NCBI GenBank assembly: GCA_963777605.1
Contig: CAVZRV010000007.1
Location: 384,001-448,000, forward strand
Direction of reading: 5' to 3'
Source of the DNA: an uncultured Acidobacteriota bacterium
GTDB lineage: Bacteria > Acidobacteriota > UBA6911 > RPQK01 > JAPXNP01
Length of the DNA stretch: 64,000 bases
The notes under the pieces are model-generated. The model did no database searches, was not told the DNA's origin, and saw nothing but the letters and a program-made list of their open reading frames with translations. Shown piece after piece: positions 42,796-51,895 of this stretch. Every line of letters starts with the position of its first letter. Position 1 is the stretch's first letter. The position numbers were made by a program, and so were the translations under genes.

Positions 42796-44505
42796 CTACT
42801 TCTGCCGGGCGACAAAATGCGCCCCGTTTTCCTGATATGACCCGAATATCTTGCCAAAGAAGACATGTTTCCGCCTAGCCAGCATGTCGTTGATGCTGGT
42901 CTGCAGGACATCCCTGACATGAGCGGAGAACTCTTTGACTTTTCGGCGGCTGGAGGCGTCTTCCCGCGTAAGTGGGGAAACCGGAATCGGTTCGAGATAA
43001 CGAATATGCCACTTCGTGGGCAGGGGAAGCGGAACCAGAGGAAAAGTCGGAGTAATCGGGATAAACGGCCATCCGGTCAAGCGCATCAGTGAGGAGATGT
43101 GCATCTTGCCGAGAATGGGGAAGATCTCGACATGGCCCACAACTGCGGCAGGAATGACTGGGATCTGATGCTCGATCGCCATTTTCGCGAAGGCGTCTCT
43201 CCCGAACTGGCCCAACTCGTAGGCCCCCTTGTACATGCGAAAGGCTCCCGAAATTCCCTCCGGGAAAATCCCCACCAGTTCGCCTCGCTCGACGAGACGG
43301 CCGGCATTCTGCTGACTCGCGACCACTCCTCCCTGCTTGATCAGGAAATCGGAGAGGAACGGGAACTTGAACAGTGACGGGATCACCAGGAACCGGATCT
43401 GGCGTCCCCGCGCCTCGAAGACGAGTGATCGATGCACCACCCCGTCGAAGGGCATGAACCCGCGGTGATTGGGTGCAATGATCGCGCTTCCCGATTTGGG
43501 AATGTTCTCGAGCCCTTCGCTCTCCACTCGCCAGTAGACGTTGCGCAGAAATCGAAACCAGAAATCCCACTGCTTCAGGTAGGCGGGATCCAGGCCGAAT
43601 TCATCGACCGCATGGTCTACCTGCCCCCGCTTCAAGCGGCCCGAACGCTCAAGCAGGGAGCCGAGAGCGTCGGCACTGGACTTCCTGGGCTCGAAAGACA
43701 ACTCTCTTCGCGCTCGCTCCGACGAGACGGTGACATTGTACCGAAGTTGGTCGGCGGAAACGTCCGGATGCGCCCCGAGGCCAACCATCGCCGCGGTCTT
43801 CCGGAACCCCCGCTGGATCACGTGGGGTATGGGAAGTCGCACCGGGACACTGGCCCGCAGCGTCCTCCGGAAGTCAACACAGCCATCCCCGGAAACATTG
43901 AAGACTCCGGTCGCTCGGGAATTGACTGCTGCCACAATCGCACGAGCGGCATCATCAAGATCGACAAACTGAACTCGCGGGTCATAGCCGGTCGCCGGCA
44001 TGCAGGCCTTCCCCACAAACATCCGGGTAAGGAAGTCGCCTTCAGCCGGGTCGGAAATGGGCGAAAAACGGAGAATGACGCAACTCAGCGAGTCCTGCTC
44101 TCCGGACCCTAGCGCCTCTTCCGCCTTCAGCCAGCGCTGTTCGATCGAACCTTCTTCAAGCAGGGAGACCCTGTCCTCCTCCATCAGTCCGTAGTTCTTG
44201 AAGCTGAACCCGTAAGCGGCGACATGGCTTCTGAGGACAACCCGCTCAATTCCGGCTGGTCTGGCCTTCGCGAGCAGGGACCGGATCCATTGCACGTCGG
44301 CCTCACACTGGCCTGGATTGCGATCGGACAGGTCGAAAGGGAAGACAATCAGTGTCCGAACCGAACCGTCACCCAAATCCTCCGGCTCGTTTTCCCGTGG
44401 CAGGCGCCTGATGGTGTGTCCGGCAGCTGAAAGCAGCGCCACCGTTTTCTCAGCCAGTTCACCCTGATGTCCGGCAACAAGAATCTCAGATTGCTCCAAT
44501 GCCAC
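42796..44505 (-). CDS. Degenerate NAD-epimerase/SDR domain fused to an MGAT-like (LPLAT) acyltransferase
   Basis: N-terminal epimerase-like region (DPRVQFVDLDDAARAI, GVFNV); C-terminal DEFGLD, NHRGFMPFDG, FPEG, PLPLPTKW. Confidence 0.85.
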   Translation of the reverse strand: MALEQSEILVAGHQGELAEKTVALLSAAGHTIRRLPRENEPEDLGDGSVRTLIVFPFDLSDRNPGQCEADVQWIRSLLAKARPAGIERVVLRSHVAAYGFSFKNYGLMEEDRVSLLEEGSIEQRWLKAEEALGSGEQDSLSCVILRFSPISDPAEGDFLTRMFVGKACMPATGYDPRVQFVDLDDAARAIVAAVNSRATGVFNVSGDGCVDFRRTLRASVPVRLPIPHVIQRGFRKTAAMVGLGAHPDVSADQLRYNVTVSSERARRELSFEPRKSSADALGSLLERSGRLKRGQVDHAVDEFGLDPAYLKQWDFWFRFLRNVYWRVESEGLENIPKSGSAIIAPNHRGFMPFDGVVHRSLVFEARGRQIRFLVIPSLFKFPFLSDFLIKQGGVVASQQNAGRLVERGELVGIFPEGISGAFRMYKGAYELGQFGRDAFAKMAIEHQIPVIPAAVVGHVEIFPILGKMHISSLMRLTGWPFIPITPTFPLVPLPLPTKWHIRYLEPIPVSPLTREDASSRRKVKEFSAHVRDVLQTSINDMLARRKHVFFGKIFGSYQENGAHFVARQK

Positions 44506-44542
44506 GATTCCGGCCCTCCCTGTACAGGAATTCAATGGAAGC

Positions 44543-45166
44543 TCACGGCCTCGGTAAAACTCCCTGCAGGAACAGGTCGGACATCCCGGCGATCAGCCGG
44601 GCGTCACCGACCTTCTCAATTTCTTTCCCCCCAAGCATCTCGAGAGCGAGAAGCGAGAAAATCAGGGCAGACAGAAAGAAGGCGGCCGCGGCCTCCACGT
44701 CGATGTCCTCCCGGATCTCACCGCGGCTCTGCCGCTCCTTAAGGAATTCGGTGAACAATGTCCGCCCCCGCATGATGAAAGTCGAGTAGAAGACAACGCC
44801 GAATTCGGGATTGTACATGGCCTCGCTGAGACAGGTTCGAAGGAAGCCAATATGCGTCCGGCACTCATCCAGGAGAATCCGCGCCAGCACCCCCAATTCA
44901 TCTCCGATGGTCTCTCCCGGGAATCGGAGTTCGGGTTCGGCCACTGAACCCGCTATCAGGTAGAGCTCCCGCTCCAGCAGGGACTGCATGAGCCGACTGG
45001 CACCTCCAAAATGGAGGTAAATGCGAGCCGGGCTGACACCCGACCGGCGGGCCACCCGCTCGACTACGTCCACCTGTAGGCCTTCTTCGCCAAGCAGGTG
45101 GAACGTTGCGTCCAGCACACTGTTGATCTCGTCGAGCGTCAGCGCGTCGCCCGGCTTCTCGGTCAT
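44543..45166 (-). CDS. TetR/AcrR family transcriptional regulator
   Basis: HTH VERVARRSGVSPARIYLHFG; GEIREDIDVEAAA; ATGA overlap with the upstream gene. Confidence 0.88.
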   Translation of the reverse strand: MTEKPGDALTLDEINSVLDATFHLLGEEGLQVDVVERVARRSGVSPARIYLHFGGASRLMQSLLERELYLIAGSVAEPELRFPGETIGDELGVLARILLDECRTHIGFLRTCLSEAMYNPEFGVVFYSTFIMRGRTLFTEFLKERQSRGEIREDIDVEAAAAFFLSALIFSLLALEMLGGKEIEKVGDARLIAGMSDLFLQGVLPRP

Positions 45167-46719
45167 CGTTGTTCTCCCTCATGACTGGTGAGGTTCGGAA
45201 AGTCCAACCGCGCCTCTCGGGCCGCCTCAGTGGTCTCGTCTTCAATGTCCTGCTTCTTGAGAATCATCTCCGCCACCCGCTGGGCGGAAACGATCACAGG
45301 AGTAATGCCTCCTCCAGGTCGCGTCCAGTGGCCAACCAGGTAGAGGTTTTCAATCGGCGTCCGGTTGGCCGGGCGGAGTTCCCCCAACTGGTCCGGGGAC
45401 ATTTCCCAACCCAGCATCGCCCCTCTGTGGTTGAGCGTGTACCGGTATGAAGTGTGGGCCGATGCACTCATGTGTACGACGATCTTCTCGTCGAGTCCGG
45501 GAATCAGCCGGCGCAATTGGCCCAGGATGTAGTCTTCGGTAGAGGCCTTGTGGGCACCCCAGTCCTGAATCTGGTCATAGTTGGCCGTTCCCCATTTCTG
45601 TACGATGAGTATGTCGTGTCCTTCCGGGGCGAGGCTGGGGTCGAAAGACGTGGTGAAAAAGACCTTAAAGAAGGTGTTCTGGAGGTCCGCCGGATTCCAC
45701 GATCTCCAGTAATAGCCTTCGATATCCTCCTTGTGTTCGTGAGAAAGGCCTTTTAGCCCCATGTGAAGGAGATAGCAGGGGAACGATGGACGCATCGACT
45801 TGAGGCCGTCAATCACCTCGGAACCGCAGAGCTCACCGCCCACCAGTTTCTCGTAGGTGAGGAGCACGTCCGCATTCGACACGATCACGGGTGCGCGAAA
45901 CTCGACTTGCTGGGGCCGCCTCTTCGACCGGGTTGTGGCCACTACCCCAACAGCGCGATCACCCTCGACAAGTATCTTCTCAACGTTGGTGTAAAGCAGC
46001 GTCTCCCCGCCCCGGCGCCGAAGAGCCTCTCCGAGATCGTCGGCGAAAGCCTGGGAACTGCCCATCGGATAATAGTTCCCGAGGAAATAAGACAGGCGCA
46101 GCATCGAGTCGAACAGGAACGAAGTATGCCTGGGAAGAGAACCCCAGTGGGAGTGGTCCGCCATCAGGTTCGATTTCAGCCGCGGATCACTGAAGTGCTC
46201 ATCGAGTTTCTGGCCGAGTGTGAAGTCGCGGTACTTTTCGGCAACCGGGTGGGCGATCTCCTTGAAATAGTAAAGGAGCCCATAGAGGTAGGCTTCCCGA
46301 ACCTCCCCAAAGAACTGGTCGATGTTGTGCGCCTCTTCGGGATACCGACCCTTGAGCTGCTTCATGTAGTCGGACAGGTCGGCCGGGACTACAAATGTGT
46401 CTCCGTCGGGGAAGTGGAATTTGTCAACCGGATCCATCTTGTGCCACTCGGTCGGAATCCCCAGTTTCTTGAGGAGCTTTCCGGTGAGCGTAGTCGGGTT
46501 GCCCAGGAGCGGGTAGAAGTGAGTGGCCGAGTCGAACAGGAAGCCCTTGCGCCGAAAACTGCTGCAGTATCCCCCCAGGACGTAATGCTGCTCAATGACG
46601 AGGACCTTCATCCCGGCATCGGCCAGGAGATTTGCGCAAAAGAGCCCGCCGACTCCAGAACCGATCACTATCACATCGTAATACTTCGAATATTCTCGAC
46701 CCAGGATCTGGTAGGTCAC
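45163..46719 (-). CDS. Phytoene desaturase/retinol saturase-like FAD oxidoreductase
   Basis: GSGVGG, EQHYVLGGYCSSFRRKGFLFD, NLYLVGHWTRPGGG. Confidence 0.88.
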   Translation of the reverse strand: MTYQILGREYSKYYDVIVIGSGVGGLFCANLLADAGMKVLVIEQHYVLGGYCSSFRRKGFLFDSATHFYPLLGNPTTLTGKLLKKLGIPTEWHKMDPVDKFHFPDGDTFVVPADLSDYMKQLKGRYPEEAHNIDQFFGEVREAYLYGLLYYFKEIAHPVAEKYRDFTLGQKLDEHFSDPRLKSNLMADHSHWGSLPRHTSFLFDSMLRLSYFLGNYYPMGSSQAFADDLGEALRRRGGETLLYTNVEKILVEGDRAVGVVATTRSKRRPQQVEFRAPVIVSNADVLLTYEKLVGGELCGSEVIDGLKSMRPSFPCYLLHMGLKGLSHEHKEDIEGYYWRSWNPADLQNTFFKVFFTTSFDPSLAPEGHDILIVQKWGTANYDQIQDWGAHKASTEDYILGQLRRLIPGLDEKIVVHMSASAHTSYRYTLNHRGAMLGWEMSPDQLGELRPANRTPIENLYLVGHWTRPGGGITPVIVSAQRVAEMILKKQDIEDETTEAAREARLDFPNLTSHEGEQR

Positions 46720-47456
46720 ACCATTCCTCCGTCAACCGGAAGAACCTGGCCGGTGATGTAGCCCGCATCCTCACTGGCCAGGAACCGGACCACTCCGGCT
46801 ACCTGGCGGGGAGTCCCAGGGAATCCCACCGGAATCTGGGCAAACAGTTTCTTTCTGGACGACTCAGGGATGTCGTCCAGCATCTCGGTCTCGATAAACC
46901 CGGGAGCGACGGCATTGACCCTGACGCCGAACCGGGCCACTTCCCTCGACAGCACCTTGGTCAACGCAATCACGCCTCCCTTTGAGGCCGCGTAATTGGC
47001 CTGTCCGGCGAGGCCCAGGATCCCGCTCACACTGACGACGTTGACGATCGTACCGGCCTGACGCTTGATCATGTCCATCACCACACAGCGGCAGAAGTTG
47101 AAGGTCCCGGTCAGGTTCGTCGCCACCACGTCGTTCCAGTTTTCCGGTGACATGCGGTAGACCGGCTCATCCTTCTTGATCCCGGCGTTGTTTACGAGCA
47201 GATCGATAGGGCCGAGCCGGTCGCGGACCTCCTGGACCACGGCTTCGCTTCGCCCGAAATCCCGGACGTCGGCCTGCACTGCCAGAACGCGAAACCCGTT
47301 CTCTTCCAGGGACGCTACCAGTTCCTCGGCCGCGTCCTTTCGGCCCAGGTAGGTAAAGGCAACAGACCAGCCCGCGTTAGCCAAGTCCTCAACGATGGCC
47401 CGACCAATTCCGCGACTGCCCCCGGTGACCAACGCGACTCCAGCTGAATTTTCCAT
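46716..47456 (-). CDS. fabG: 3-oxoacyl-ACP reductase-like SDR
   Basis: TGGSRGIG, NNAG, YAASK, VAPGFIETEM, VDGG; TAATG overlap with the upstream gene. Confidence 0.85.
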   Translation of the reverse strand: MENSAGVALVTGGSRGIGRAIVEDLANAGWSVAFTYLGRKDAAEELVASLEENGFRVLAVQADVRDFGRSEAVVQEVRDRLGPIDLLVNNAGIKKDEPVYRMSPENWNDVVATNLTGTFNFCRCVVMDMIKRQAGTIVNVVSVSGILGLAGQANYAASKGGVIALTKVLSREVARFGVRVNAVAPGFIETEMLDDIPESSRKKLFAQIPVGFPGTPRQVAGVVRFLASEDAGYITGQVLPVDGGMV

Positions 47457-48655
47457 TACTTTTCCCCCGGCCTGTTGCGTCCGTACGTTTCGTGAGCTCG
47501 CGTAAACTCGCCCGATGCAATTGCCCCTGCCATGGAGATCTCTCCCCCCAGGAGCGTTCCCGCTATTACCTCGGCAAGCCGCACCGCCTTGCCGGTCCCA
47601 TAACAATCCATCATCTCCAGGCATTCCCGCTGAGTACCCAGTGCAGTACCGCCACCGACGGTTGCAATGGTCAGGGCCGGAAGTGTGACGCTAACGTGAA
47701 TCCCGCCCTCGACCGGTTCGAAACTGGTGATCCCGCAGGCGCTGTTCACCACGTTGGCCACGTCCTGGCCGGTGGCAATGAAAATGGCCGTCAGGCCGTT
47801 CGCGAACTGCCCATTGTAGCCAACGGCGTTGGCGGCAAGGTGCCCCACCAGCGTCGAGTGCCACACCTGATAGAGCTGAACAGCGGAGCAGCCCAGGTAA
47901 CTCTTGAGAATCCTGTCATCGAGGAAGGCCCCGGCAGTCACCCACTTCCCTTTCCCCCGGGACATGAGATAGCCGGACGGGCGTTTCTCGGAACTCATCC
48001 CACTGAATACGTAATACTGAGGGACCGGAAAATTGTCGGCAGCCCAGCGACAGGCGGCGTCCGTCGCCTTGACGATCATGTTCATGCCCTGGGCATCCCC
48101 GGTTGAGAAACGGAAGTTGACGATCACCTGGCGGGCAATCTGATAGGTTTCGCACCCGAGCAGCCGACCGTGCCGGGTCGTCGCCTCAGCCTCCCTCTTG
48201 AGTTCGTGGAAATGCTCTTTCAGCCAGCCCGGGAAACGAGCGGCATCGTGGATCGAGTCAAAGAAGAAGGACGGGTTGGTCTGGTTCTGGTCGTCAACAC
48301 AGGCGGCTTCAACCCCGCCGGAACGAGTCAATGCCACCATCCCCCGTTCGTAGGATCGAACCAGCGCACCTTCGGTCGTCGCCAGCGGCACGTAAAAAGT
48401 GCCGTCGGCGTGTAACCCCCGAATGCGAAGAGGACCGGCAATGCCGGTCGGGATCTGGGAGACACCGATCGGGTTCTCGATGTTCCCTCGCCACTGGAGG
48501 GAGTCCTCCGAGAACGACCCGACGTGCCGGGATGAGGTTCCGGTCCGCTGCTCGAGCCACTGCCGGCGACGGGTCACCCGCTCGGCATCATAGCCCTGCT
48601 CCTTCATTCTCGGTATCAAGTCTGTGGTTGCCGAAGTGCTTTCTTGTGAGGACAT
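47456..48655 (-). CDS. HMG-CoA reductase-like protein (class I-like)
   Basis: IENPIG, VPLATTEGALVRS, TGDAQGMNM, ATGQDVANV, VGGGT, GEIS, C-terminal His (HETYGR). Confidence 0.9.
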   Translation of the reverse strand: MSSQESTSATTDLIPRMKEQGYDAERVTRRRQWLEQRTGTSSRHVGSFSEDSLQWRGNIENPIGVSQIPTGIAGPLRIRGLHADGTFYVPLATTEGALVRSYERGMVALTRSGGVEAACVDDQNQTNPSFFFDSIHDAARFPGWLKEHFHELKREAEATTRHGRLLGCETYQIARQVIVNFRFSTGDAQGMNMIVKATDAACRWAADNFPVPQYYVFSGMSSEKRPSGYLMSRGKGKWVTAGAFLDDRILKSYLGCSAVQLYQVWHSTLVGHLAANAVGYNGQFANGLTAIFIATGQDVANVVNSACGITSFEPVEGGIHVSVTLPALTIATVGGGTALGTQRECLEMMDCYGTGKAVRLAEVIAGTLLGGEISMAGAIASGEFTRAHETYGRNRPGEK

Positions 48656-48825
48656 TGTCGTCACACCCATCCGATCGATGGCTTCCATCGTCCCGATTTC
48701 AGGATTGACTTTATTGAAAAGAACACTATCCTTTATTGATTCCGAGAATGATACTTGGTGGAATCATCTAAATCAACATTGATTGCCATGATTTGTTACT
48801 TCTGCTCGCGTCGGAACCTTTGTAC

Positions 48826-49749
48826 ATGAAAGAGCCCGTACCAGTTTGGAAGAATGCACTTCGTAAAGCCAACACAATCCGCAGCGTTTCCTCGCCTGCG
48901 GACCGCCTCAACCAGTCCCAGTACGTGGAACGAATCACCCGAATCCAGGGTGCCGCAGCCGACAGCGGCGATCCTTTTTTCACGACCCGCTCGTTCTGGC
49001 AGATGGAGAAGGTCTCGGCCGAGTTCTTCAAGAATCCTCCCCAAGGAGGGACTTTGGCGGATTCCCGCATACCGCTGGCCGCTCGCCCGATCGTCCACTG
49101 CGGGATGGGAATTGGCGCGGTCGAGGCGGTGGGCTTTGAGCTGGCTCGGCTGCAGCCACGAGTTGAGGGGTTCACTTCCCCCGACTACCGTCCATTCTGC
49201 ACCGAGTCACTCGGGGCCATGCTCGGGGTCTACGCTCCCGGGCCGTTCTTCGCTATTGCGTCGGGCATGCGCCGTATCGGGCTCCTTCCGATGGCGAACC
49301 TGACCCGCCCCGAACCGGCGTCCTATTTGGAGCACTTCGACCTCGTGGGGCGGCGCCTGCTTTCCCATGGGTTCGGTCGAATTCTCTTCTTCCGCAATCT
49401 CTCCGTTTCGGCGGCGATTCGAATCGCCCGGAACGAGCCTCACTTCGACCGGGGCTCCTGCGTCCGTGGGATCGCCTTTGCCATGGCGATGGTCAATTGC
49501 GCAGATGTCCGGCGGGTGATCTCCGACCGGTTTGAATGGGGCGCTGACTGGATCGACCATGCGTTCGATCAGGGACTCGTTTACGCTCTCGTTTTCTGGG
49601 AGTGGATGTCACCCGGCTTCCTGGAACGCTTCCCGGGCCACGGTGAACTCGCGCGACGTCGAAGATTGGCTGCTCGTCGCGAAATCGAGGCTGCACTTGA
49701 TCGCGGGCACCCGGCAGTGTTCGACCTGGAGTTCGAACTCGATTTCTGA
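48826..49749 (+). CDS. Hypothetical helical protein, weakly DUF1702/UnbL-like
   Basis: HCGMGIG, ESLG, SHGFGRILFF, RGIAFAMAMVN; start uncertain. Confidence 0.65.
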   Translation: MKEPVPVWKNALRKANTIRSVSSPADRLNQSQYVERITRIQGAAADSGDPFFTTRSFWQMEKVSAEFFKNPPQGGTLADSRIPLAARPIVHCGMGIGAVEAVGFELARLQPRVEGFTSPDYRPFCTESLGAMLGVYAPGPFFAIASGMRRIGLLPMANLTRPEPASYLEHFDLVGRRLLSHGFGRILFFRNLSVSAAIRIARNEPHFDRGSCVRGIAFAMAMVNCADVRRVISDRFEWGADWIDHAFDQGLVYALVFWEWMSPGFLERFPGHGELARRRRLAARREIEAALDRGHPAVFDLEFELDF

Positions 49750-50730
49750 TTATCGGGCAGGGCCATTCGCCCATAATGGCGCCATTTCCTCCAGCAGGTT
49801 CTGATGAACCCGCCCGTGGAGCCTCAACATTACCGCATCCATACGGTCGTGAAAGCGCCGGCTCAAACGGATGCTTCGCAAGGTAAGGAGATCGAGAAGT
49901 TCAACCACCGAATAGACAGGATCGAACCCTCGCAAATCCAAAATCTTCTCGCTCCGCGGGGCCACGATGAAAGCCAGCCTGATCTCCAGGGTTCGGTCCG
50001 CCATCAATGCGAAGTGAAACTGCTTGATTGCGCTGCGGAAGTGTCCCGGCCCAAAACCGAAGATGTTGGGTTCGGGAGCGAGCGGCAGGAAGGCATACCC
50101 AAACGCCACTTCGGCCACGACCACCTCCCCGGCTGGGATCAGCGGTTGAGAGAGTGCCGGAATCACGGTGATCAATGCCGCCTCACGGACCCGTCGGCTC
50201 ATGGGGCGAGCGACCGGGCGCATCATCGGGATCGCTCTCACGAAATCATGAATGTCAACCCGAAGCAGCTTCCACTCGAAACCGCCGAGGCCAAAATCAG
50301 CCTCCCCAGAAGGCGGGGATTCCGGCGCATCGGCGCCGGTTCGCCGGGCCAGGACCGGCGCATAACTGAATCCTCCCCGGTCTCCGTCCTTCCGCTTCCA
50401 ACTGGAGTACCGGGCGAAGGTAGTGGGGAGTTCCTCGACAAACCGGGCCGCTGCGTTTGAGTCAATACCCATCTCAAAGCGGGCCCGTTGCAGACACCCC
50501 ATCACGCTGCAGCCGTCGCCGAGAAAATCGTAAAAGCAGTCCATGGCCACAAGCGAGCCACCCGGCGGCCTCAGGGGAAAGGTTCTGGAAAGGACTCTGG
50601 CACGCTGTTGCTCCCACCAACCGAGCAGCGCATTCCCGGTATCAATGGCCTGCCGGTTTGCCGGCAAAAGTACATTCGGCGGGAACAAATGGGACTGGGA
50701 ATCCGCGGATGGTTGGGACGGCGAGGGCAA
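49750..50730 (-). CDS. Hypothetical protein
   Basis: 326-aa ORF with globular-looking motifs (VMGCLQ, FEWKLLRVDIHDF, FGYAF, FGFGPGHF); converges on the 48826 gene. Confidence 0.7.
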   Translation of the reverse strand: MPSPSQPSADSQSHLFPPNVLLPANRQAIDTGNALLGWWEQQRARVLSRTFPLRPPGGSLVAMDCFYDFLGDGCSVMGCLQRARFEMGIDSNAAARFVEELPTTFARYSSWKRKDGDRGGFSYAPVLARRTGADAPESPPSGEADFGLGGFEWKLLRVDIHDFVRAIPMMRPVARPMSRRVREAALITVIPALSQPLIPAGEVVVAEVAFGYAFLPLAPEPNIFGFGPGHFRSAIKQFHFALMADRTLEIRLAFIVAPRSEKILDLRGFDPVYSVVELLDLLTLRSIRLSRRFHDRMDAVMLRLHGRVHQNLLEEMAPLWANGPAR

Positions 50731-50822
50731 TCTACACCCCGGTTAAAGACGTGGCGGGAGTTCGCCCGCGGCGATCGGGAAGGCTACCACCCAATCGCCA
50801 CGAGCACTAACTGCGAAACCGA

Positions 50823-51413
50823 CTAGAAGTCGAACTGGTCACTGTACACTTCAGCGTAAACCGAACCAATCGCCGGGTTCTTGGCCGGAGTCGTTCCCAC
50901 ACCCTTGCAGGGGAACTTGCGGCCTATCAGGGATTGGTACTTGCCGGTGGCTTCGACGACTTCGTAGATGCCGGTGTAGGGTCCGCCGAAGGCGACGATG
51001 TCCTTGCGGGGGTCTTCCGAGGGACCCTGCACCGGAACGATGAAACGTCCCTGGACCTGGACCCTGAAAAGAATCTGATCTCCCTCAGGGTCGACCAGCA
51101 GACAAAGGTCGTCAGCCGCGAATTCCGGCGGCGGAATCGGCAGAAACTGGAAATTAGTCGTTGCGGTTCCCGAGATGGCGCCCCGGAACGTGCCGGTCCT
51201 GACCCCGTCACCAGTGGCCGGAAAATCGGTCACAACGTCCTGATGAATGAAGAGCAATTTCGGCGACTGGAGCATATCGGTTTCGGGGTCGATACCATTA
51301 CCATTGTCTCCTCTGGTCGTCGCTCTCACGCCGGCCAGCGCCCAAACCGCGCTCAGTGCAATCAGCAGCAATGCCACACCGATAATCTGTTTCCTGGAAG
51401 CAAAAGACTTCAT
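50823..51413 (-). CDS. Secreted beta-barrel hypothetical protein (dirigent/allene-oxide-cyclase-like)
   Basis: Signal peptide; alternating beta strands; YEVVEATGKY resembles the GGTGxF/Y motif. Confidence 0.65.
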   Translation of the reverse strand: MKSFASRKQIIGVALLLIALSAVWALAGVRATTRGDNGNGIDPETDMLQSPKLLFIHQDVVTDFPATGDGVRTGTFRGAISGTATTNFQFLPIPPPEFAADDLCLLVDPEGDQILFRVQVQGRFIVPVQGPSEDPRKDIVAFGGPYTGIYEVVEATGKYQSLIGRKFPCKGVGTTPAKNPAIGSVYAEVYSDQFDF

Positions 51414-51496
51414 ACCCAAACTCCTTCCTTCTTAATTCACTGAGGCCGGAAGTCGAGGATTCGACCGCCCGCCTCCACCCGTAACTTTTCAGAGAC

Positions 51497-51895
51497 CTAC
51501 GCGAAAGACTCCTTGAGCGGAGTCCAGTAATAATCCACCCATCCCTTTTCGTATGATCCGGCCTGAGATACCGGAACGCGACTGTGAACCATCGTCAACT
51601 GCGTTCCTCCATCGCACGGAGCCAGGCGAATTTCGACAAGAGACGGGTCCTGGCCATCCGGCCATTCCGTCGTGCTCCATTCCTGAACGATCAGTCGCCC
51701 CTTTTCGAGTTTCAGAAAACGGCCCTCGATGTAGCCGTCCCATGCGGTGAAGACGGCTCCTTCGACCGCATCGCCGGTAGCTTCCGCCCCGGTAAAGGCA
51801 GAGTGCTTCTCAGCGTCAACCAGGGCCTCGAACACGTCGTTGGGAGTCGCCGGGATAATTTGAGACTGTTCGAAGGAGGTCGTTTTCTCTGCCAT
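51497..51895 (-). CDS. SRPBCC/AHSA1-like domain protein
   Basis: VFEALVD, FTAWDGYIEG, IVQEW, GWVDYYW. Confidence 0.9.
   Translation of the reverse strand: MAEKTTSFEQSQIIPATPNDVFEALVDAEKHSAFTGAEATGDAVEGAVFTAWDGYIEGRFLKLEKGRLIVQEWSTTEWPDGQDPSLVEIRLAPCDGGTQLTMVHSRVPVSQAGSYEKGWVDYYWTPLKESFA

Noticed and set aside
45163-48655. Canonical carotenoid or mevalonate operon
   Set aside because: No crtB/crtE, HMG-CoA synthase or mevalonate kinases in the window.
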